64,000 nt of DNA from Candidatus Woesearchaeota archaeon (GCA_016219865.1 JACRKF010000033.1:123954-187953), one strand, 5' to 3'; numbered from the stretch's first letter, positions 16,385 to 26,367 are shown. The notes: generated by a model from the letters alone, not told the origin. Numbers and translations: made by a program.

Positions 16385-17611
16385 TTATATCCTCTCTTTC
16401 AACCTCTCCGGCAGCACACTTAATATATCTTTCTTAATTCTTTCATCAAAATCAACGCTTCTCTCTCCTTCCAGTTTTTCAGCTGATAATAATTGCAATA
16501 ATTGGAGTGTTGCTCTTTTTTCTTCTCCATCAAAGAAGGGATCATTAAGATTTCCAATATTCTCATCTATAATACTTTCTTCAATATTTTTATTGTTGCC
16601 AAGATCTGTTATGACAGAAATAAACTCTTTAGAGGTTAATCTTGTGATATTCTTCATGATAAAATAAGCTCCTCTCTCGTAAAGCTGCTGAAATAATAGT
16701 CTAAAATCAATATCGCTTGCTTTGCCGTGCAAAAGCTTTCCCCAAAAACGAAGTGTTGCAATTTTATCCTTAACATTATTTTTATTAAGCTCTTGAAGAA
16801 CAAAAGAATGAACTTCTTCAACAGTTTTATCCTCGCAATCAAATTCAAATGAAACAACATCATAGATCATTACAGGATGGTAAGTGACTGTATCATTCTC
16901 ATAGATATAAAACCCGCCGCATTTATATTTTTCAAGTTCTCTAAAATTATTAGGAAATAATGCTCCTGGATAAGTAAATAATCCATATTTTTCAGGTTTA
17001 TTCTGAAATATATAATGAACATGTCCTCCAGCATAATAATTAAATCCTTTAGGAAAGTAAGACAAAGGTGTTGAATCCATTAACTCTAACTCACTAGGTT
17101 TAAACTCAGTGATTGCAGTATGAAACATAAATATCTTAAATCCATCTTCTTTCTCCAGTTCATCAAGTGATAATGCTTGATAATAATATTTGTCTAACAT
17201 CCCTTTTTTTCCAAGCATACCTGTTATTTTAGCTCCAGTTTTATTATCAACTGTAAAAGAAAGATGTAATTTCTCCTCTTTAACAAAACCTTTGACAACA
17301 TTAACAAACAATTCTGCGCTTTCAATAACATCAAGCATTGTTTTTCCACTTGGTGAGAAATCATGGCTTCCTGCAATTACATACACAGCAATATTTTTCT
17401 TTTTTACTTCCTGTAGTTTCTCAACAACAATTTTTAATCGATCAATAGTTGGCAATGATGTGTTAAATAAGTCTCCGCTAATTAAGATAAAATCAACCTG
17501 CATTTCAATGCACATATCAATAGCTTTTACAAATGCATTAGTGCTGATATCGCGCATTTTGCTATCTCTCCATGAACCAATGTGGACATCACTCATATGC
17601 GCAAATTTCAT
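16385..17611 (-). CDS. mre11: Mre11/SbcD-family DNA repair metallophosphoesterase
   Basis: Phosphoesterase motifs in order: MSDVHIG, GDLFN, AGSHD, GGHVHY; 408 aa with a C-terminal extension. Confidence 0.7.
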   Translation of the reverse strand: MKFAHMSDVHIGSWRDSKMRDISTNAFVKAIDMCIEMQVDFILISGDLFNTSLPTIDRLKIVVEKLQEVKKKNIAVYVIAGSHDFSPSGKTMLDVIESAELFVNVVKGFVKEEKLHLSFTVDNKTGAKITGMLGKKGMLDKYYYQALSLDELEKEDGFKIFMFHTAITEFKPSELELMDSTPLSYFPKGFNYYAGGHVHYIFQNKPEKYGLFTYPGALFPNNFRELEKYKCGGFYIYENDTVTYHPVMIYDVVSFEFDCEDKTVEEVHSFVLQELNKNNVKDKIATLRFWGKLLHGKASDIDFRLLFQQLYERGAYFIMKNITRLTSKEFISVITDLGNNKNIEESIIDENIGNLNDPFFDGEEKRATLQLLQLLSAEKLEGERSVDFDERIKKDILSVLPERLKERI

Positions 17612-17662
17612 AGAAATAGGAAATAACTAATTATATAAAAATTAGATGTATCAAGTCATCAT

Positions 17663-18271
17663 TCAACCAAATAAATTTCTAAAGAAATCAATAATTCTCT
17701 CAATAACTCCTTTTTTAATAACTGCATTATTCTCATCATTATTATTAATTATCTCAACAATTATATTGCTTTCATTATTATTGTTATTATTATCATAGTT
17801 ATTCTGATTATTTACTATTTCCGGAATTATATTGCTTTGTTTATCTGCTATAGCATCTTTGCTATTATTAACTATTTTTATCTCAGGGTTGTAATCAGTA
17901 ACTGCAGTTCCAGTTGATTCTTTTTTAATATCAATTCCTGCTACAAGTACAACACAAATATCCGATTCTTGTTCTTTGCTTCGCACTGGATATATATCTT
18001 TGACCCAGATTTTCACTTTTCCAATTGTTTCTAATTCTCCTTTTTCTATAACATATGTCTTGCTATTAATTAAAAAAATACAGCTTTCACCATCAATACT
18101 AACATCTTGAAAGACAATGCTTATGCCATTTTCAATCTTATTATTTTTTATCTTATCCATATGGATATAACTTTGCGCTAAGGCAAAAGAAGAGAACATA
18201 AGCAAGAGTATAAAAACTAAAGAAAGAATCAATAATCTCTTTCTATTGAGTGGGTTTTGTTTTTTCATCAT
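17663..18271 (-). CDS. secreted protein with a signal peptide and an Asn-rich C-terminus; function unknown
   Basis: N-terminal hydrophobic signal-like segment ([20 protein letters not shown]); poly-N tract. Confidence 0.5.
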   Translation of the reverse strand: MMKKQNPLNRKRLLILSLVFILLLMFSSFALAQSYIHMDKIKNNKIENGISIVFQDVSIDGESCIFLINSKTYVIEKGELETIGKVKIWVKDIYPVRSKEQESDICVVLVAGIDIKKESTGTAVTDYNPEIKIVNNSKDAIADKQSNIIPEIVNNQNNYDNNNNNNESNIIVEIINNNDENNAVIKKGVIERIIDFFRNLFG

Positions 18272-19853
18272 AAGCAGCTATAGAGTTCTTTACTCCTCCA
18301 AAATGTCTTTGAATATTATGTTGATTATTATTAATATTATTATTTATGGTGGTATTACTATAAAAATCTAATCTCTTTTGCTGCGCAATATCATCAAAGA
18401 AAGGTATTTTTACAGGAGTTGCAAATTTCAAGAAAGTGCTGCTGATGATAGCTTCTCCTTTGTCAAGGCTTGCAATTGTTCTATTATCATCACTTAAATC
18501 TTGTGCTGAGGATTCTATTATTGCTTGTCTTTCAGGAGCCATTTCAATGCCTAGAATTATTTTAGTATTCATATTTGCTAAAATCTCTCTTGGAATTTGT
18601 GAAGGTATTTGTGTTATTGCAAGCAATCCCACTTTAAATTTTCTTCCTTCTCTTGCAATTGTAGAAAATATATTTCCTATCTGCGCCATCTCTTTTCCTA
18701 AAACACGTGGAGCTTCTTCAATAACTACAGAAATCACAGGTTTTGTTTCTAGTATTCCATCAATCTTATATCGTTTATATCGTGAGAATATCTCAGTTGC
18801 AAACAAAGATCCAAGCAATATCTCAACATTGCTGCTAAACAATGAAGTATCTATAATAACTTTACAACTTTTTTCGAGTTTATTGCAAACATCTCCTACT
18901 GTAGTTTTGCCGCTGTCCATATCAAAGATACCTTGAGAGGATACTTGTTGATCTTTAACTTTTAAGTCAAGTATTTGCATTAACTTTCTACGCACAACAG
19001 CTAATGTCATTTCGTGATAATCTTTATTCTCATCATCTTTGTTTTTCGATAACAATAATGCTTCAATCCATTGTTCTTTATGTTGTTTATAATAACTATA
19101 AATTGCTTCTTTCTGCGGATCACTCCAAGAAACAATACCATTGAAATGAGAGGGTTTTAATGTTGAAATATGAATTCTTAAGCTATACGCTCCAGCAGGA
19201 GGATTATAAGGTGTGTAATAATGTACTTTATCTTTCATTGCATGATTCTTTAGTCCAAGTTTATTTCTTCCATAATATTCATCATGTGGGTCTAAGATTA
19301 AAATACCGCAGTACTCTTTATCTATGCTGTCATATAGCAAACATGATGTTAAGTTACTTTTTCCTTTTCCAGTGGATGAAACAATAAGAATATGTTCACT
19401 AAACGTTTTTTCTCCATCTAATACAATCTCTAAATCAATTATTTTATTTCCAGAACGTAATTTTCCAATGCGCAATCTTTTTTCAGGATTTCTTAACATA
19501 GAAAAATCTTCTTTTGCAATTTCCCGAACATCACTAAAAAAAAGAGGTAATTCTTTGCATAATGAAACTTTATTACTTTGGAGCTGCACAAGATTCTTTG
19601 CAAAAGCTAATGTGTAATTTCTCAGTTCCTGCTCGAAGAAATCAACGTCAGCATTCTTCTCTAATTGCATGCCAGATATCAGTTCAAGATTTTGCTGTGA
19701 TAATTGACTTGCATAAGTTAAATCATATACTTGCAGCAATATCTTTTCTTTACCACTTACTAAAAGCTCGCCAAGTTGAATATTCTCTTCTTGTTTCTGA
19801 CGAATAATAACTTTATTAAAACTTCCTCCAATAATCTTTCCTTTGATATTCAT
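18243..19853 (-). CDS. herA: HerA-like (FtsK-HerA superfamily / DUF87) ATPase
   Basis: Walker [14 protein letters not shown]; Walker [12 protein letters not shown]; 536 aa; located next to mre11. Confidence 0.65.
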   Translation of the reverse strand: MNIKGKIIGGSFNKVIIRQKQEENIQLGELLVSGKEKILLQVYDLTYASQLSQQNLELISGMQLEKNADVDFFEQELRNYTLAFAKNLVQLQSNKVSLCKELPLFFSDVREIAKEDFSMLRNPEKRLRIGKLRSGNKIIDLEIVLDGEKTFSEHILIVSSTGKGKSNLTSCLLYDSIDKEYCGILILDPHDEYYGRNKLGLKNHAMKDKVHYYTPYNPPAGAYSLRIHISTLKPSHFNGIVSWSDPQKEAIYSYYKQHKEQWIEALLLSKNKDDENKDYHEMTLAVVRRKLMQILDLKVKDQQVSSQGIFDMDSGKTTVGDVCNKLEKSCKVIIDTSLFSSNVEILLGSLFATEIFSRYKRYKIDGILETKPVISVVIEEAPRVLGKEMAQIGNIFSTIAREGRKFKVGLLAITQIPSQIPREILANMNTKIILGIEMAPERQAIIESSAQDLSDDNRTIASLDKGEAIISSTFLKFATPVKIPFFDDIAQQKRLDFYSNTTINNNINNNQHNIQRHFGGVKNSIAAYDEKTKPTQ

Positions 19854-19989
19854 AACATTGGTGATGTCTATGTGGTATTTAAATCAAACTAAATTTATTT
19901 TTACATAATTCTTACTATCACTTAGTTACTAACAAGTATCTACTCATTAATAGAAAATTATTTAAAGCATAATCATTTCCCAAGAAACG

Positions 19990-20916
19990 ATGAAGGAACA
20001 AATCAATAGGTTAAAACTGGAATTAGAGCATCTTGATAGAGCATATAAAGCAGGAATCATGAAAGAGAAAGAGTTCTCAGATAATAAGGCCGCAATTGAA
20101 AAGAAGATAAAAAAACTTGAGCAGAAAATGCATAATGATGAACAGTCAAGAAAGATAATTTCCGATATATTAGATGAAAAACCAAAAGAAAAGAAAATTC
20201 TAAAACCTATAAAAAAGAACGTTCAATTTGCATCAGAATCAGTAGTTATAAACGAAGATTCTAAAATGCAAGAAAACAAAGAAAGAACAGTAAAACATCG
20301 CACTGTGAAACAGCAAGAAGATTTAAATTTAGATGGTTGGAGTATTGCTGTATATATTCTAACTATATTATTCATTATGATTTTATTATTTTTTTCATAT
20401 AAATATACACAAAATGCGCAAATCACTGGAAAACAAGTTACTATCTATGAATATTCTGATTATGCTTGTGAATACTGTAAACAGGTGCAGCCAACATTAA
20501 AGCAATTAAAAGAATACTACAAAGATAATATCAGAATCATTCATAAAAACTTTCCATTAGAAGAATTAAATCCTGGTGCAACATTTGCATCTGAAGTAGC
20601 AGAATGCGCAAATAAACAAGGAAGATTTCAATACTATGAGAAAGAATTATATGAACGACAAAACTTTTTAAAAAATGTTTCTTATGACCCTGGTGAATTG
20701 CAGGATATTGCTTCAGATTTAAGTTTAAATATGGATCTATTCAAGGCATGTCAAAAAAGCCATGAAACAAATATTAATATATTGCAAGATATTGAAGAAG
20801 GAAAATCAAAAGGTGTTATCTCAACACCAACTTTTTTTATAGGCAATACAAAATTAGTTGGCGCGCAATCATTTGAAGTTTTTAAATATTACATAGAGAT
20901 TGAAAGAAAAAGATAA
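19990..20916 (+). CDS. membrane-anchored DsbA-like thiol:disulfide oxidoreductase with an N-terminal coiled coil
   Basis: Single TM helix, then a CEYC active-site motif in a thioredoxin-like context (YEYSDYACEYCKQVQP...). Confidence 0.6.
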   Translation: MKEQINRLKLELEHLDRAYKAGIMKEKEFSDNKAAIEKKIKKLEQKMHNDEQSRKIISDILDEKPKEKKILKPIKKNVQFASESVVINEDSKMQENKERTVKHRTVKQQEDLNLDGWSIAVYILTILFIMILLFFSYKYTQNAQITGKQVTIYEYSDYACEYCKQVQPTLKQLKEYYKDNIRIIHKNFPLEELNPGATFASEVAECANKQGRFQYYEKELYERQNFLKNVSYDPGELQDIASDLSLNMDLFKACQKSHETNINILQDIEEGKSKGVISTPTFFIGNTKLVGAQSFEVFKYYIEIERKR

Positions 20917-20948
20917 AGCAATTTTCCCATTAGGCTGTTCCCATTAAA

Positions 20949-20992
20949 CCGGATTACCTAATTTTAGAGAATTTTGCAAAGCAAAATTCTCT
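20949..20992. repeat. PAL2 palindrome, copy 3, preceded by a CGGATTACCTAAT box
   Basis: ccGGATTACCTAATttt AGAGAATTTTGC-aaa-GCAAAATTCTCT. Confidence 0.55.
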
Positions 20993-20995
20993 ATT

Positions 20996-21595
20996 CTAAT
21001 AATGTGGATCATCAAAACCAAGTGGTGGTGCAAATTGTCTTTTCTGTTCAAATGATGTTAAATCCATCTGTCTTTTTACAAATTCTTGAAATTTATAGGC
21101 ATCTTTTAATGCTTCCTTTTTCTGTCCTTCTATTCTTTTATGATAGATTCTTTTATAGAATACATCAAGTATACTTCCCCAAATTGGTCCTGAGAACATA
21201 TGCTTAAAATCAATAGCAAGTTTCAATTGCACAAGAATTTCTACTTTTCCAGAATTTGCTTTAAATTTCTGATTATTTCTGACAATTTCAACTTCTTTCA
21301 TACCAACCCCATGTATATCAACTATTAACTTTCTTTTAAAGAAATCAGAACTATGTTCTATTTTATTGCAGCGCCACCATACCCAAATCTCTCTTCCACC
21401 TTGCTGTGTGCGAGATTCAAAATAAAATGTTTCAGGGAAACCAGCGTTTTTATCATATTTATCACCGTCAAAACTAGCGTATTTCTCATGAAATAAATAA
21501 TCATGTAAAGAAATATAAAACTCATTCAAATTAATAACATCAGTTGCTTTCACTTCAAACTTTGCTATTAATATATCGTGTGGATCTGAGCTCAT
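20996..21595 (-). CDS. hypothetical protein
   Basis: 199-aa ORF with typical composition; no motif recognised. Confidence 0.5.
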   Translation of the reverse strand: MSSDPHDILIAKFEVKATDVINLNEFYISLHDYLFHEKYASFDGDKYDKNAGFPETFYFESRTQQGGREIWVWWRCNKIEHSSDFFKRKLIVDIHGVGMKEVEIVRNNQKFKANSGKVEILVQLKLAIDFKHMFSGPIWGSILDVFYKRIYHKRIEGQKKEALKDAYKFQEFVKRQMDLTSFEQKRQFAPPLGFDDPHY

Positions 21596-21677
21596 AGTTT
21601 TTATGTAGTATTCAGATTTATAAAGCTTTTTATAGTAATCAATTTTCCTTATTAGAAAATTAGTTACAAATCATTTA

Positions 21678-22907
21678 TTGTCAAATAATAATTATGAGGT
21701 GCAAACTATGTTTATAGGAGTTGTCGGAAAACCATCCACTGGGAAATCAACATTTTTCAAAGCTGCAACATTAGCGGAAGTTGAGATTGCTAACTATCCT
21801 TTTACAACTATTAAACCAAATCACGCTGTTGGCTTTGTTAAGGTAAAAGATGTCGCAGTGGAATTTGGAAAAGTTTCTAATCCAAGAGAAGGATATTGTT
21901 TGCAAGGTTTTAGATTTATTCCTGTTGACCTTATGGATGTTGCAGGATTAGTTCCTGGTGCGCATGAAGGTTTAGGCATGGGCAATCAGTTTCTTGATGA
22001 TTTAAGGCAAGCAGACGCATTAATGCATATTGTTGATGCTTCAGGAAGTGTCAATGAAAAAGGAGAGCCAGTTCCTATTGGAAGTTATGATCCATTAAAT
22101 GATGTTAGATTCTTAGAAAAAGAGTTAGATATGTGGTACTTAGGCATTCTCAAAAAAGGCTGGGAACGATTTGCTAGGCAAATTATGCAGGAAAAGACAG
22201 ATATTTCAAAAGCATTAGCAAAACAATTATCCGGATTAAGGGTAAATGAAGATATGGTTGAAGCAGTATTAAGAGAATTAAAAATACCAAAAGAAAAACC
22301 AATTGAATGGAATGAGGAAATACTTTTCTCAATAGCGCAATTATTAAGAAAGAAAACAAAACCAATGCTTATTGCTGCAAACAAGATAGATATTCCTGTT
22401 GCAAAAGAAAACATTGAACGTTTAAAACAGCAATTTCCAGAATATATTATTATTCCAATCAGCGCAGAGTCAGAATTAGCATTGCGTGAAGCAGCAAAGC
22501 ATCAATTAATTAATTATGTGCCAGGTGATGCTTCTTTCGAAATCTCCAATCCTGAGAAACTCTCTGAAAAACAAAAAAAAGCTTTAGAATTCATCAAAAA
22601 GAACATCATTGAGAAATATGGTTCTACAGGAGTGCAGCAAGTAATCAATGAAGCTGTTTTTAGTTTATTGCAGTATGTTGCAATATTTCCAGGCGGTGTT
22701 AACAAATTAGAAGATTCCAAAGGAAATGTAATTCCTGATTGTTTTTTAATGCCGCCGCAAACAACTGCATTAAGCTTTGCTTTTCGGTTGCATACAGACT
22801 TTGGTAATAAATTCATCTGCGCAAAAGACGTCAGAACAAAGAGAACAATTGGCAGAGAACATGTGTTAAAGAGTTTAGATATTGTTGAGATAGTGAGTGG
22901 GAAGTAG
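21678..22907 (+). CDS. Obg-family GTPase (YchF/OLA1- or DRG-like) with a C-terminal TGS domain
   Basis: G1 GVVGKPSTGKSTFF; ANYPFTTIKPN; G3 DVAGLV; G4 ANKID; C-terminal TGS-like region (FRLHTDFGNKFICAKDV). Confidence 0.7.
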   Translation: MSNNNYEVQTMFIGVVGKPSTGKSTFFKAATLAEVEIANYPFTTIKPNHAVGFVKVKDVAVEFGKVSNPREGYCLQGFRFIPVDLMDVAGLVPGAHEGLGMGNQFLDDLRQADALMHIVDASGSVNEKGEPVPIGSYDPLNDVRFLEKELDMWYLGILKKGWERFARQIMQEKTDISKALAKQLSGLRVNEDMVEAVLRELKIPKEKPIEWNEEILFSIAQLLRKKTKPMLIAANKIDIPVAKENIERLKQQFPEYIIIPISAESELALREAAKHQLINYVPGDASFEISNPEKLSEKQKKALEFIKKNIIEKYGSTGVQQVINEAVFSLLQYVAIFPGGVNKLEDSKGNVIPDCFLMPPQTTALSFAFRLHTDFGNKFICAKDVRTKRTIGREHVLKSLDIVEIVSGK

Positions 22908-22932
22908 AAAATTTCTTTTAGAAATTTTCTAC
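22904..22932 (+). terminator. 13-bp stem hairpin overlapping the stop codon of the GTPase gene
   Basis: GTAGAAAATTTCT-ttta-GAAATTTTCTAC. Confidence 0.4.
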
Positions 22933-23095
22933 AAAATTAACTGTGATTACTGTTTCAATTTAACTATAAACAGCACTTTTATTATTCATTAAGCTCACTT
23001 TTTCCACCTTCCAACTTACCTTACTATTGTAGTTAATCTCTTTCGTAGCCTGAGATAGTATTTTGTTGATTTGTCGCAACAAATCCACAAAATAC

Positions 23096-23470
23096 TTATT
23101 TTTCAAGATTCCTCTTAAACGTCTGCGCTATATCTATCATATACTTTCCATCTTCTAACTTATAAATTACAGGCTTTTCTTTATTAAAAAGATTAACTAA
23201 GTCTATCTCAAACTTTCCAGGTTCTACAATTCTTACTGATTCAAAATCAAGGATAACTGGTTCTGTATCAGTTAAATCAAGAATATCAGATATTTGTTCT
23301 TCAACTTCTTGTCGTTGTTGTTCAGAAAGATCTTTTGTAGCTGTCCTCATCTTTTCTATCTGATCCCGCTTAACATAAAAAAACAGCTTGCATCCGCAGC
23401 TGCAACCTTTCAGAATTTCATTTGATCCATCAGAATATAACACATTACATCGTACGCATTGGTGTGGCAT
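23096..23470 (-). CDS. zinc-ribbon protein
   Basis: N-terminal CVRC ... CSCGC zinc-ribbon pattern; 124 aa. Confidence 0.5.
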   Translation of the reverse strand: MPHQCVRCNVLYSDGSNEILKGCSCGCKLFFYVKRDQIEKMRTATKDLSEQQRQEVEEQISDILDLTDTEPVILDFESVRIVEPGKFEIDLVNLFNKEKPVIYKLEDGKYMIDIAQTFKRNLEK

Positions 23471-23542
23471 TGAAAAACCTCATTACCTTTTTATTTCTTT
23501 GTCCTGTAAATTTTCTTATTGTCCGGATTGCCTAATCTAATA

Positions 23543-23580
23543 AAAAATAGATATTTCGTATTTCGAAATGTCTATTTTTT
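23543..23580. repeat. long AT-rich hairpin between two minus-strand genes, followed by a T-tract
   Basis: AAAAATAGATATTTCG-tat-TTCGAAATGTCTATTTTT (one mismatch), followed by tttatttcttttt. A CGGATTGCCTAAT box sits 10 nt upstream. Confidence 0.5.
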
Positions 23581-23979
23581 ATTTCTTTTTGATACTTTCC
23601 TGCTTTTTTGTTCATTGATTGTTGTATAAAGATCAATCTTATGCGGATCTTGTTTAATTTCCTTGACAACGCTCGCTGGGCCAATGATTGTTAATCCGCG
23701 TCTATTTCCAAGAAGTGCATTAATTAATTTTAGCCTTAATCGCTTAAACATAGCATCATCATTTTGTTCAGGATATAACACTGCTAATTCAATACCCCTA
23801 AAGTCTTGATTAATGCTCTTCATTGTTTTTTTGATAAGTGCAGCAGATTCTTCTTTATGCAATGTTCCTTCGACAAGCGCAATCTTATTTTCCTTTACAA
23901 TTGAAAGTAACTTTCCAACTCTTTCATCTGAAGATAATGATTCTATTTCAGTAAATGGAATAAATTGCAGTGTTAGCAT
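23572..23979 (-). CDS. small hypothetical protein co-transcribed with the downstream GTPase
   Basis: 135 aa; lies 6 nt downstream of the preceding gene on the same strand. Confidence 0.5.
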   Translation of the reverse strand: MLTLQFIPFTEIESLSSDERVGKLLSIVKENKIALVEGTLHKEESAALIKKTMKSINQDFRGIELAVLYPEQNDDAMFKRLRLKLINALLGNRRGLTIIGPASVVKEIKQDPHKIDLYTTINEQKSRKVSKRNKK

Positions 23980-23985
23980 TACATA

Positions 23986-24618
23986 TCACCCTGCTAATAC
24001 AAATAATGCTTCATAGAACTCATCAATATTATTCCCGTGCTTTGCTGATATTCCAACAACATCATATTGTGGAAAAGCAGCTTTTATTTTATTTAGATCT
24101 GATTTTTTAAGGTCTATTTTATTGGCCACAATTAATACAGGAATTTTTCGTGCCTGAAGATTACCTATAATTGTAATATTTACTTGTGAATATGGATTAA
24201 TCGTAGAATCAAGCACAACTAATACAACATCCATTGTATCAAGCCATGTGATAGAATCAATTACACCTTTTGTTGCCTCTTTTGCTCGTTCTTTTGCATC
24301 TCTTACAGTAAATCCATGTTTTAAGAAGTCTTCATAATCAATTTTAGTAGCAATTCCAGGTGTATCAACAAAGTTAAACATCAGTTCTTTGCCTTGAGAA
24401 CGGATTGTAACATTTTCTTTTATAGTAATTTCTCGTGTTTCATGTGCAACATTTGAAACAGAACCCATTTCTTCTCCTAACCAATCTTTGCATATTCTAT
24501 TAGCTAATGTTGTCTTTCCACCATTAGGAGGTCCATAAAAGCCAACTTTTAATATTTTTCTAGAACTAAAGATATCTCTAAATATTTTATTTACAAACCT
24601 CTTTATTATCTGCAACAT
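23986..24618 (-). CDS. small Ras-like GTPase
   Basis: G1 GPPNGGKTT, G3 DTPG, G4 NKID; 210 aa. Confidence 0.65.
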   Translation of the reverse strand: MLQIIKRFVNKIFRDIFSSRKILKVGFYGPPNGGKTTLANRICKDWLGEEMGSVSNVAHETREITIKENVTIRSQGKELMFNFVDTPGIATKIDYEDFLKHGFTVRDAKERAKEATKGVIDSITWLDTMDVVLVVLDSTINPYSQVNITIIGNLQARKIPVLIVANKIDLKKSDLNKIKAAFPQYDVVGISAKHGNNIDEFYEALFVLAG

Positions 24619-24697
24619 AAATAATCAGATTGTGTGTTTATTTATATAATTTTCGAAAAACGAAGAATTTATAAAAATAAAGAATAATAAAATTAGT

Positions 24698-25258
24698 ATG
24701 GTTGATGAAAATCAAATTATTGATGAAAAAGTAAAATGTGATATTATAGCAGTTCTTGATAAACTTATAATTAAATTACAGAGAAAAGACACTAAAGATT
24801 TAGGTAATATTAGTAATGAAATTATTCATTGTGCTTCTGTTTTTCAGGATGTTCATTCTGTTTCAATTGCAGTTGTTGCTTATGCATTATATAAAATAGT
24901 GGAACGTGAAAATAATATTGATCCGCAATATATTACTCGATTGATAAGAGCAAGAAATTACCTCAATAAATATAGGATAGAAAAGTTCAATAGAGAAATA
25001 AACAAGCTCACAAAAGAGATGACTAGAAAAGATAAACAAATTAGTGCTTATATAAGGCATGTTTTTAATGAAGCTGAAATTAAAAAAGGAAGTAAGATCT
25101 ATGATCACGGAATTTCACTAGCGCAAACAGCAAAATTACTTAACATTTCTCAATGGGAGCTAATGAAATATATAGGTAAAACAAAAACTATAGACTTTCT
25201 TCCAGAGAAAATTGACGTTAAACAACGATTGCAATTCACAAGATTGCTATTCAAATAA
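24698..25258 (+). CDS. hypothetical protein with a C-terminal helix-turn-helix
   Basis: ..ISLAQTAKLLNISQWELMKYIG.. HTH-like segment. Confidence 0.45.
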   Translation: MVDENQIIDEKVKCDIIAVLDKLIIKLQRKDTKDLGNISNEIIHCASVFQDVHSVSIAVVAYALYKIVERENNIDPQYITRLIRARNYLNKYRIEKFNREINKLTKEMTRKDKQISAYIRHVFNEAEIKKGSKIYDHGISLAQTAKLLNISQWELMKYIGKTKTIDFLPEKIDVKQRLQFTRLLFK

Positions 25259-25309
25259 TAACAAATAATAATAATAGTAAAATCATTATAATAAATAAGG
25301 TGTAAACAA

Positions 25310-26011
25310 ATGAAAACATTAGTATTTGATTCAGGTCCAATCATTAGTTTAACTATTAACAATTTACTTTGGATACTAGATCCATTAAAGAAAAAGTTTA
25401 ATGGTGAATTCATAATAACTCCTTCTGTATATCAAGAGGTTATTACACAGCCATTATCAACAAGAAAATATAAATTAGAAGCATTGCAAGTTTTACCTTA
25501 TATTAATAAGAAAACATTAGACATTTATTATAATAAATCTATTCAAGATTACGCGCAATATTTATTGGATCTAATAAATGGTTGTTTCAAAGCATTTGGT
25601 AATGATATTCAATTAGTGCATTTCGCAGAAATGGAAGTTGTTTCATGTGCAAAGTTTCTCAAAGCAGAAGCTATTGTAATTGATGAAAGAACTACTAGAA
25701 AACTCATTGAAGATCCAGAAGGCCATATGCGTTATTTAGAGAAAAAATTAGGTGCAAAGATAACAGTTGATAAAGAAAAATTTCAGAAGATGAAAGAAGA
25801 ATTAAAAGGTCTCAGAGTAATTCGTTCAATAGAATTAGCTGTTATTAGTTATGAATTAGGATTATATAAAGAATTTACATCTGCAAAAATCAAGCAGATG
25901 GACTTAAATAAAGCAGTTTTGGAAGGGGTGCTTTGGGGAATTAAGCTCAATGGCTGTTCTGTAAGAGAAGAAGAGATTAATGAGATTGTTAATTTAGAAT
26001 TAAAATCATAG
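25310..26011 (+). CDS. hypothetical protein; possible PIN-like N-terminus
   Basis: Starts MKTLVFDSGPIISL, like the first strand and acidic residue of PIN domains; otherwise unassigned. Confidence 0.4.
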   Translation: MKTLVFDSGPIISLTINNLLWILDPLKKKFNGEFIITPSVYQEVITQPLSTRKYKLEALQVLPYINKKTLDIYYNKSIQDYAQYLLDLINGCFKAFGNDIQLVHFAEMEVVSCAKFLKAEAIVIDERTTRKLIEDPEGHMRYLEKKLGAKITVDKEKFQKMKEELKGLRVIRSIELAVISYELGLYKEFTSAKIKQMDLNKAVLEGVLWGIKLNGCSVREEEINEIVNLELKS

Positions 26012-26293
26012 TTATTTCTTAGTCCTCACTTTCTTTGAAAGCTTTTTTGTTGTTTTGACAGTATTCTTTACATAGAATTCTTTCAACTTTTTTTCCTTAA
26101 GCTCTAAATCTTTATTTAAATCTAAGATCTCACTTTTAGTAAGAACATGCTTTCTTTCTTCATCTTTAGCTTTTCGCAACGACAACCACACCTTTATTGT
26201 ATGTAATAATCCCATAAAATCATATAGGGTTGATTGATATATAAATGTTGCTATGACAAAATTTATAAACATTTTACTTCTTCTTTGCAACAA
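26012..26293 (-). CDS. small membrane protein with a basic C-terminal tail
   Basis: One hydrophobic helix followed by a K-rich tail; 93 aa. Confidence 0.4.
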   Translation of the reverse strand: MLQRRSKMFINFVIATFIYQSTLYDFMGLLHTIKVWLSLRKAKDEERKHVLTKSEILDLNKDLELKEKKLKEFYVKNTVKTTKKLSKKVRTKK

Positions 26294-26294
26294 C

Positions 26295-26367
26295 TGCCTC
26301 CGTAGCTCAGCCAGCAGAGCGCGAGACCTGTAATCTCGAGGTCAAGGGTGCAATTCCCTTCGGAGGC
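26295..26367 (+). tRNA. tRNA with anticodon UGU (Thr); the loop has C33 and a TGC T-loop start
   Basis: GCCTCCG-TA-GCTC-AGCCAGCA-GAGC-G-CGAGA-CCTGTAA-TCTCG-AGGTC-AAGGG-TGCAATT-CCCTT-CGGAGGC-T. All stems are perfect; a T-run follows. Confidence 0.65.
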
